Below are positions 26,724 through 33,277 of a stretch of DNA of 33,277 nt, piece after piece. The stretch lies in the IMG/VR virus record IMGVR_UViG_2778261295_000004, one strand, 5' to 3'. This DNA is from a virus (lineage: Duplodnaviria > Heunggongvirae > Uroviricota > Caudoviricetes). Under the pieces are notes generated by a model, which saw only the letters and a list, made by a program, of their open reading frames with translations, did no database searches and was not told the DNA's origin. A program made the position numbers and the translations under genes. How positions within the stretch are numbered: the first letter of the stretch is position 1; each line of letters starts with the position of its first letter.

Positions 26724-29102
26724 TTAATACAGATCCCGCCACTTATCATCTTCCTGCAAACGCTGGTTCCGATAGAAGATACGCAGGCCTGCTCCTGACG
26801 GAATACTGCCGCCGCGAAGGAGTAAATCGACCTCTTTCTCGCTGCCATCAAATCCTCTGGACTTCAGTTCATAGACGAGCTGCTGTCGTTGATGGTCTGT
26901 AATTCGCTGTTTGTAGTCTCTACGCCGTTTCGGTTTCACCAGGCGTAACCTTGCAGCCAGTTCCCGGCGTTCTTTTTTGTTCATACTGTGCAGGTAATCG
27001 TGCAACTCCTTGTCATCCATACGGGTGATATCCGTTCTGGTATCCCCATCAGCTGATTTGTCTTTCCCTTGTTGGTACAAATTTTCAGCAAGGGGACAGT
27101 TATTGCCACGAGTCCGAGTCCAAGGGGCGCAAGCGCCCTGGTCGGCTGCCGCCTCCTGAACATCAACGGCCTTACGAACCATTTTCCACTTCACGGCATG
27201 AGTGCAGATCTTGCCCTCTGCAATAGGTGACCAGATGCCATAAATACGAATGCCGTGATCGCCATAGGCGGTCGGCTCTTCGTTGATTTCATAAGCGGTT
27301 CTGATGAGGTGATATTTGCGGGGAACCAGTACGCCGCCCTGCTTCATGATGTAGGTGGCAAAACAACCAGCATCAGCAGCAGCCAGGATGGCATCAAGGC
27401 GCGGGTTATCCAGTACCGGCGCACCTGCTTTTTTGTCCCCCTGTTGCCTTGCCGCCTGACCAGCCAGCAATCGCAGTTCACGGTAAGCCTGACGCCCCGG
27501 AATGCCAAAGAAGCGGAATTGCTGAACACGATGCAGAGACGCCCAGGCATTAACGTATTCAGCATTATCACGCAGGGATTTCCCCGTTTCCTTGCTGATC
27601 TCGCCAGCCAGACCACGCCCGTCAATGTTCTTACTGATGTATTTCGCGATGTAGCTTGTTGGCGTACCTTTGCGCGGGTTAATCAACTCAGACTTAAAGC
27701 GCGGCCCAGTGTTATTGCCCAGTTCCTCGCGGTCTTCACGGATGGCAAACTTACGCAGTAATGCAGTGATGGCGCGGCGGTCTTTTTTGCGCATAAAACA
27801 CAACAGGTGCCAGTGAACTGTACCGTCATGATGCGGCTCAGCCACCCGCACGCCATACCACCGCAATCCGGCTTTGTGCATCGCCTTACGAAATGCAGCA
27901 AACATGCCGACCAGATAATCACTGCTTTGTCTTACCGTCGCATTTGTCCAAGTTGGGTTGGGCCTGCCATTATTTAGCGTGGAATGGAAACGTGACGGAC
28001 AGGTGATGGTGTAGAAAACGGCGCAGTCACCGCGCATTTCCGCGATAAGCTCCAGGCCTTTAACACAGGCCATCATCTCATTGCGGCGATGCGCAGGGTT
28101 GCTGCTGCTGGCGTTTACCACATCCTCCATGTCCAGCGTGTCGCCGTCTTCGTTCACCAGTTCATGAGAACGAAAAAACTCCAGCGACTTACGGCGCTGC
28201 TCACGTTTATGCATCACGGCTTCATAGCTGACATAGGGAGATGCTTTTTTGCTGACCAGGCAGACAGCACGCAACTGCTCTTCCCGCCATTCGCAACGCA
28301 TCTTCCATAATTTCCGGTACCACCAGTCAGCGCACAACATACGCGCCAGCGAACCCGGAATGAGTTCATAGGGCACGGGTTTACGGCGGTTTCTTTTCCG
28401 GCGGAGTTGCTCAAACGCAGGCGGGATGACATCCAGACGCAGGGTTTCCGCTGCCACCTTTTCCCATGTCTTGCGGATTTCTTCTGGCTTAACGTCATCG
28501 GTGACATACAAATCGCCACAAGCTGCATCAAGGCACATGCTCATATGCGCAGCTACCAGGGTGGACAGGCGTTTCACCTGATCCTGACTCATTTCAGGCA
28601 GGATCAGCAGGCCGTCCAGCCCTTCATGGCTTGCCATAAAGCGAAAAGAAGTGGATAGCTGACAGTCGCGTACATGCTCCAGCCGTTCCAGACATGGCTT
28701 AATCGTCTCACGCAAATAGCGGGAATAAGCCTTTGGCCTGCCCAGGCTGCTGAAGTATTCAATACGTTGCATCAGTGGCTTGCTGATATGGGAAGGCTGG
28801 GCATTAACGTCCGCCAGAATGACCATATCTGGATTAAAACGCTGCTGCTCATGCGCCAGCTTTGCCCGACTAATGAGCTTATCCTGCTCCATTTCGCGCT
28901 GGACAGGATCACGGGATTCATTAAAGAAATAACGCTCCCAGACCTGATCACTCAGTGCCTCGCGGCGCAGCTGTTCCTGCTCGTTATCGGCAGCGTACAG
29001 AGCGATCAGGTTTGAAAGCGCAGAAACTGAAGATTGCTCTTCCGTCTCTACGTAAGGATTGATTGCTTTTTTCTCAGCATTCCAGGAATAGCTGTAGTTC
29101 AT
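26724..29102 (-). CDS. A: Replication initiation protein A (rolling-circle endonuclease)
   Basis: Large ORF containing ...[18 protein letters not shown]... and ...[12 protein letters not shown]... motifs typical of P2 gpA-family initiators. Start placed at ATG 29102 (GGAGA upstream, TAATG overlap with the upstream gene); table ORF extends to 29153. Confidence 0.9.
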   Translation of the reverse strand: MNYSYSWNAEKKAINPYVETEEQSSVSALSNLIALYAADNEQEQLRREALSDQVWERYFFNESRDPVQREMEQDKLISRAKLAHEQQRFNPDMVILADVNAQPSHISKPLMQRIEYFSSLGRPKAYSRYLRETIKPCLERLEHVRDCQLSTSFRFMASHEGLDGLLILPEMSQDQVKRLSTLVAAHMSMCLDAACGDLYVTDDVKPEEIRKTWEKVAAETLRLDVIPPAFEQLRRKRNRRKPVPYELIPGSLARMLCADWWYRKLWKMRCEWREEQLRAVCLVSKKASPYVSYEAVMHKREQRRKSLEFFRSHELVNEDGDTLDMEDVVNASSSNPAHRRNEMMACVKGLELIAEMRGDCAVFYTITCPSRFHSTLNNGRPNPTWTNATVRQSSDYLVGMFAAFRKAMHKAGLRWYGVRVAEPHHDGTVHWHLLCFMRKKDRRAITALLRKFAIREDREELGNNTGPRFKSELINPRKGTPTSYIAKYISKNIDGRGLAGEISKETGKSLRDNAEYVNAWASLHRVQQFRFFGIPGRQAYRELRLLAGQAARQQGDKKAGAPVLDNPRLDAILAAADAGCFATYIMKQGGVLVPRKYHLIRTAYEINEEPTAYGDHGIRIYGIWSPIAEGKICTHAVKWKMVRKAVDVQEAAADQGACAPWTRTRGNNCPLAENLYQQGKDKSADGDTRTDITRMDDKELHDYLHSMNKKERRELAARLRLVKPKRRRDYKQRITDHQRQQLVYELKSRGFDGSEKEVDLLLRGGSIPSGAGLRIFYRNQRLQEDDKWRDLY

Positions 29103-29932
29103 TACGCAATCTCCAGTTCGAGCTGTGAAGGCTGCAAACCATTCGACAGCCAATCAGAAACTGAAGGTGGGCGAACAGCTTCAATTGCACCTTTTAAAAT
29201 TGCGCAACGGTTTTTCAGAATGACAGCTTTCAGCTCCTTTTCCGTCAGATTGCGCGAATACTCAGCCTCCTGAATAGCCCGCGTCAGCTCAGGATATTTG
29301 CTATTAAATTTGGGGACATTGCAGGCAAGATTTGTACTGTCGGCAGTCGCCAGTGGGTAATTTCCCAACACACGACCGTCAAGCATGCGCAAACCATGAA
29401 CAGCTGTTTTGAAATTGTGTCGGCAATAAATTGCTTCAAAAGCGTCCTGCATACGACGATGCCAGTGCGCAGTTCTGATAGCCGCATATTCACCAGACGA
29501 TCCAAAGCAGACACGAGGCCATTCACGACATAGCTCGATAAGCCGATCGATTGACTCGTGCAGATGCCAGACGGGAGTTGCCTTCCCGTAGAACATTTTC
29601 GGAACTTCGTTTATCAGGGCATCATTGTCACGTTCACCTCCGTCCACAACATCAGGAATGACAAAAAAAGCGACCTTAGGATGGTGGTAATAGTTCAGGA
29701 GCCATTTATAAAAATCACTCCAGTTAATTTTTAGCCCACGCACCCATGCAGAAAATGCGCCGTTATCAATGCCGACGACCTGAGCGTGCTGAATGGACGC
29801 CGCAATCTGATCTGGTCGTACATAGGAGACGAAAGCGCCAGCTCCGCTCACCGCAATACGATGAACGTCGCCAGCACTTCCCCAGACAGGCGTCCCATGG
29901 AAATGATGAATTCCGTGGTGCATTTCTTTCAC
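29102..29932 (-). CDS. Hypothetical protein between dam and A
   Basis: 276-aa ORF, GTG start overlapping the dam stop (alternative ATG at 29923); translationally coupled on both sides. Confidence 0.5.
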   Translation of the reverse strand: MKEMHHGIHHFHGTPVWGSAGDVHRIAVSGAGAFVSYVRPDQIAASIQHAQVVGIDNGAFSAWVRGLKINWSDFYKWLLNYYHHPKVAFFVIPDVVDGGERDNDALINEVPKMFYGKATPVWHLHESIDRLIELCREWPRVCFGSSGEYAAIRTAHWHRRMQDAFEAIYCRHNFKTAVHGLRMLDGRVLGNYPLATADSTNLACNVPKFNSKYPELTRAIQEAEYSRNLTEKELKAVILKNRCAILKGAIEAVRPPSVSDWLSNGLQPSQLELEIA

Positions 29933-30783
29933 ACTTGCACCCCGAAAATAACAGTAGAGTCACGTCCCCTACTAAAATCGGCACTAAACCAATTAGCAGA
30001 TTTAGTGGCAATCATCTCTGTTGCAAATTTTCCCTCCCCCGCTGCAACGCCGATGCTGCGTTTCGCCCTGATGTAGTGGTGAGTGAAATTACGATAAAGG
30101 GACCGGGTCAAAGACGTGTTACTGTTAGAAACAATGACCGGATGTCCTTCTGATGACCGATGTTCAAGAATGGATGCCAGGTGATACTGATCATCTTCAG
30201 TGAAACCATCAGTGTGATAGCCGGAAAACGTACCGTCATAAGGCGGATCGCAATACACCACATCCCCCACCTTCAACATCGCCAGCGTTTCATCAAAGCT
30301 GGCGCAGATAAACGTTGCCCGCTGGGCTTTCTCTGCAAATGCGCGAATTTCTTTTTCAGGGAAATACGGATTTTTATAATTACCGTAGGGAATGTTGAAA
30401 TGCCCGCTCTTGTTATAGCGACATAAACCACGGTAACCGTGACGATTGAGATACAGGAAATATACCGCTTTCATGAAATCAGTAATTTCAGTGGAGTAAT
30501 TAAACTCCTGCCTTATGTTGTAATAAGCCACCTCCCTGTTTGCTTCCTCAAATAAAGCTCTGGCACGAGATATAAACGCCTCACAATCAGCAGCAACCTT
30601 TTTATAGAGGTTGATTAAATCAGGATTAATATCCGCAACAAGATAGCTGGGGTAATCCGTCTCCATCATCACTGCACAGGAACCCGCGAAAGGTTCAACC
30701 AGTCGCGGGCCAGCAGGAAGATGCTTTTTCAGTTCGGACATTATGGCGGTTTTATTTCCTGCCCATTTCAGGATGGTGCTCAT
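29929..30783 (-). CDS. dam: DNA adenine methyltransferase (Dam family)
   Basis: Start refined to ATG ([11 protein letters not shown]...) with GGAGGTG upstream; contains the ILKWAGNK and DPPY motifs of Dam-type N6-adenine methyltransferases. Confidence 0.85.
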   Translation of the reverse strand: MSTILKWAGNKTAIMSELKKHLPAGPRLVEPFAGSCAVMMETDYPSYLVADINPDLINLYKKVAADCEAFISRARALFEEANREVAYYNIRQEFNYSTEITDFMKAVYFLYLNRHGYRGLCRYNKSGHFNIPYGNYKNPYFPEKEIRAFAEKAQRATFICASFDETLAMLKVGDVVYCDPPYDGTFSGYHTDGFTEDDQYHLASILEHRSSEGHPVIVSNSNTSLTRSLYRNFTHHYIRAKRSIGVAAGEGKFATEMIATKSANWFSADFSRGRDSTVIFGVQV

Positions 30784-31007
30784 ACAGCACCTCCGTTGTA
30801 ATGTTTGCCTTTCAGCTCTGCGATTTCCTGACAGGTAATGCAAAGCTGCACACCCGGAATGGCACGGCGGCGTGCTGGCGGAATTGGCGCTTCACACTCA
30901 ACGCAAAGCACGCGGGACACGCCCGGCGTTTTGGCACGGGCAGCACGGATATGGCGTTGGCGTTCTTCTTCAACGCGCTGCTGTACGAGATCCATTGCAT
31001 CAGCCAT
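30780..31007 (-). CDS. TraR/DksA-family C4 zinc-finger protein
   Basis: 75-aa ORF with CVEC ... CITC spacing; ATGA overlap with dam. Confidence 0.75.
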   Translation of the reverse strand: MADAMDLVQQRVEEERQRHIRAARAKTPGVSRVLCVECEAPIPPARRRAIPGVQLCITCQEIAELKGKHYNGGAV

Positions 31008-31240
31008 CAGTGGATCTCCTGCGCTTCGTTCTGGATTGCTTCAGCAGTCACACGCAGCAGTTCTGCCGCTTCGACGTGGTTTAGCTGGCGGGAGGTGATA
31101 TGACACGCCAGGCTATCGAGGCGAGCAGCCATTGCTTCAGCCCTTGCCCGGCGTTCTTCCAGACGAGCCTCTGTCAGTAAAAGATTAAGACCTGCATCAT
31201 CCGGTCCGGTTTTGGTCGTGAGGGTTTCAATATTACGCAT
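31007..31240 (-). CDS. Hypothetical early-operon protein
   Basis: Start refined to ATG (MRNIETL...) with AGGAGA upstream; ATGA overlap with the downstream gene. Confidence 0.5.
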   Translation of the reverse strand: MRNIETLTTKTGPDDAGLNLLLTEARLEERRARAEAMAARLDSLACHITSRQLNHVEAAELLRVTAEAIQNEAQEIH

Positions 31241-31307
31241 AAGCAATTCTCCTGAATTTAGATAAAGGGATGCCCGGCGGGTTTACGCCATTAATTTCAT
31301 TAGTTGG

Positions 31308-31649
31308 TTAATTCGGCATGGTTAGCCGTCTGGGAAATAAGCTCACCACTGCACGAAAATGATTCATTGCTTTAATCAACTCCCGCTTTTCGTCAGTGGT
31401 CAGCTCATTAATGCTGATGCTATGACGTTCAGCTGGAATTTTTGCCATAAAGAATATGGCAGCCAGTGCCCGTTTATTTTGTTCATTATTGATATCCCGA
31501 GGATCACGCATATCTTTAATAAACCGCTCAAGCTCTGACTCAATATTCAAACCAAAAACTTTCGCCCTTAACTCCGCAATATGATTAAGTCCATTCAGGC
31601 GTTCACCGGGTCTTAATGGAACAGTCGCCGCAGCGCCTTCAATAGCCAT
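31308..31649 (-). CDS. Hypothetical early-operon protein
   Basis: 113-aa ORF, ATG start, same strand and operon as cII and A. Confidence 0.5.
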   Translation of the reverse strand: MAIEGAAATVPLRPGERLNGLNHIAELRAKVFGLNIESELERFIKDMRDPRDINNEQNKRALAAIFFMAKIPAERHSISINELTTDEKRELIKAMNHFRAVVSLFPRRLTMPN

Positions 31650-31813
31650 TTGTTCCCCCGTTTTTTCGTAGATAGTTCTGCCAGCAATTCATCTTGTGAA
31701 CGGCACGGATGCCAGCGTTTACCATCCTCACCCATGATCCAGCCGTGACCGTAGTGCATTGCCGGACTTTGTTTTACCAGCAGCGATGCAAATGATGGTT
31801 CTTTCGTCAGCAT
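31613..31813 (-). CDS. Hypothetical small protein
   Basis: Start refined to ATG (MLTKEP...) with GAGGTG upstream; contains HPC/WH residues. Confidence 0.4.
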   Translation of the reverse strand: MLTKEPSFASLLVKQSPAMHYGHGWIMGEDGKRWHPCRSQDELLAELSTKKRGNKWLLKALRRLFH

Positions 31814-31820
31814 AAGCACC

Positions 31821-32330
31821 TCACAGCAAACCGAATGAAGCACCGAGGCCAGTCACGGTATCAACTGCACTCGCCATCGCAGGATTAGCCTGTAAACGGG
31901 CCTGCAATGAAACAGCGGCCAGCGCCATCAGTCGTGTTACAGAGTTAATGCTGCTGATAGCATCACGACGACCTGCACTGGTTTTTACATCGCCAGATAC
32001 CGCACCTGCAGCAACACGCCCGATCTCTGCGGTTGCACTCATGACATAATGCGGCAGTTTCTCTTTTGCCACCTCATTAATCGGTACACATGGCAGGCAG
32101 TGAATCTGTGCCAGAAAGCCATCTACCAGCGTTGAATCTTCAGTCAGATCGGTAAGCAACCAGATTTCTGGTGCGGTTAATAAATGAGGTTGAGCTGGGT
32201 TCAGCTTGTTCCGCAGAATCTGTACATTCATGCCTGCACGTTCTGCCAGTCGCACCAGGTTGTGGCGCAGTGCGAATGCACGACAGGCTTCGTCAAAATG
32301 TGGATGTTTGGAAACTTGATAATCAAACAT
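31821..32330 (-). CDS. cII: CII-like lysogeny establishment regulator (186 CII-type)
   Basis: 169-aa ORF directly downstream of apl/cox on the lytic strand; the length equals what I recall for 186 CII; call is by position and size, not by a verified alignment. Confidence 0.55.
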   Translation of the reverse strand: MFDYQVSKHPHFDEACRAFALRHNLVRLAERAGMNVQILRNKLNPAQPHLLTAPEIWLLTDLTEDSTLVDGFLAQIHCLPCVPINEVAKEKLPHYVMSATAEIGRVAAGAVSGDVKTSAGRRDAISSINSVTRLMALAAVSLQARLQANPAMASAVDTVTGLGASFGLL

Positions 32331-32362
32331 AGTCAGCCCCTTCCCTTTATTTCAAAATCGAA

Positions 32363-32584
32363 TCAATTGATTACGACATTGGAATCGGCAAGCGCATCCA
32401 CTGTCATGGCTGCAATGTTGATCATTACCTTTTCACGTTTTTTATCCTTGCGAAGACGATGCCGCTTAAGGCGTCCATCTGCGAGCATACTGTTGATAGT
32501 GTCTACAGATAACCCTGTGAGTTCACTGTACTTTTCAACCGAAATGGATGGGACAGCTAATGTGATTGAAATGTGCTGAGTCAT
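32363..32584 (-). CDS. Excisionase / lytic-switch repressor (Apl/Cox-like)
   Basis: 73-aa basic protein with helix-turn-helix-like segment (SVEKYSELTGLSVDTINSMLADGRL), first gene of the operon divergent from cI; AGGAGA Shine-Dalgarno. Confidence 0.65.
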   Translation of the reverse strand: MTQHISITLAVPSISVEKYSELTGLSVDTINSMLADGRLKRHRLRKDKKREKVMINIAAMTVDALADSNVVIN

Positions 32585-32635
32585 AAGGCAACATCTCCTG
32601 TTTAAGTGTGTTTAACATTGACGAGTAGTTGTAAG

Positions 32636-32709
32636 TCACATTTTGAAATCAATGCGACTATAAGATCACAAATTGAAATCGTCAACCATAAAGTTCACAA
32701 GGTGAAATC
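32636..32709. promoter_or_regulatory. Three direct repeats TCACA-N3-TGAAATC in the cI / apl switch region (candidate operator sites)
   Basis: Copies at 32636-32650, 32666-32680 and 32695-32709, spaced 30 and 29 bp; the third overlaps the cI ribosome-binding site. Confidence 0.5.
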
Positions 32710-32710
32710 G

Positions 32711-33277
32711 ATGGATTTTAGTCAAGGTGGAAAGAAAGCTATCGAAAGGATGGTTGAAGCCTATGGGTTCACTACAAGACAGGCGTTATGTGAACAACTA
32801 GGCATATCAAAAAGCAGTCTTGCTACACGCTACATGAGAGATTCATTCCCTTCTGATTGGGTTATTCAGTGCGCGCTCGAAACAGGAGTAAACATAAAGT
32901 GGCTGGTAACAGGCTTACCTCCTAAACATGAATATTTAACGTCTGACATCATCAATATTCAAAAAATAAAATTGATTGATGGAGTGCTATTGGATGCAGG
33001 AACACTAATGTTTGACAAAGTGTTCATTCCTGATGGTTTATCATCACCATCTGTGATATCAAACGGGAATAACTCTTATTTTATTGAGAGGGATTTCACA
33101 GATGTAGTTGATGGTGATTGGTTAATCTCCATTGATGGAAAGCATTCTATAAAACAAGTTATTAGAATTCCTGATAATAAAGTTAAGATTAACTATGGGA
33201 ATATCATTGTTGATATGAACATTAATGACCTTGTATTCATCGGCAAAGTTATAGCAGAATTCAAGATAAGAGGCTAA
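32711..33277 (+). CDS. cI: Immunity repressor CI (186-type)
   Basis: Start placed at ATG with AAGGTG upstream (table ORF starts at GTG 32606); N-terminal HTH-like segment (TTRQALCEQLGISKSSLATRYMRD), divergent from apl/cox; stop codon is the last three bases of the window. Confidence 0.7.
   Translation: MDFSQGGKKAIERMVEAYGFTTRQALCEQLGISKSSLATRYMRDSFPSDWVIQCALETGVNIKWLVTGLPPKHEYLTSDIINIQKIKLIDGVLLDAGTLMFDKVFIPDGLSSPSVISNGNNSYFIERDFTDVVDGDWLISIDGKHSIKQVIRIPDNKVKINYGNIIVDMNINDLVFIGKVIAEFKIRG

Larger units (their letters stand above)
2856..33277. mobile_element. P2/186-family prophage (partial; integrase end and second att site are outside the window)
   Basis: Gene order and orientation follow the P2 late region and 186-like early region. 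Left boundary is approximate; the att core cannot be defined without the other end. Confidence 0.9.

Noticed and set aside
29103-29153. Upstream ATG start for replication gene A (809-aa version)
   Set aside because: The internal ATG at 29102 has a GGAGA Shine-Dalgarno and gives a TAATG overlap with the upstream gene, so it is preferred. The longer form is not excluded.
1-33277. CRISPR arrays, tRNA or rRNA genes, insertion sequences
   Set aside because: No regularly spaced short repeats, no tRNA-like cloverleaf candidates noticed at the prophage junction, and no transposase-like ORF; none called.

Overview
This window holds three enterobacterial host genes (grxA, ybjM, ybjL; 1-2620) followed by most of a P2/186-family temperate prophage (about 2856 to the window end, integrase end not in window). 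The prophage is mosaic: a P2-type late region (ogr, tail genes D-U-T-E/E'-FII-FI, tail fibre G-H, baseplate I-J-W-V, S-R, lysis cassette, capsid L-M-N-O and divergent P-Q) joined to a 186-type lysogeny module (CI, Apl/Cox, CII-like, and a LexA-box-controlled small ORF plus dinI-like operon), with replication initiator A, dam and a TraR-like gene between. The most interesting part is an AT-rich cargo island between portal gene Q and the SOS operon (23551-26137). It carries two uncharacterised genes on either side of a cos-like site: a 232-aa zinc-ribbon protein with a C-terminal DUF4145/HEPN-like motif, and a 372-aa protein with a DUF2971-like N-terminus. I propose these as candidate anti-phage (abortive infection or defence) cargo that may be undescribed. 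All homology calls are from reading the ORF translations and from memory of these families; no database search was run, and every refined start codon and motif coordinate was read by eye.
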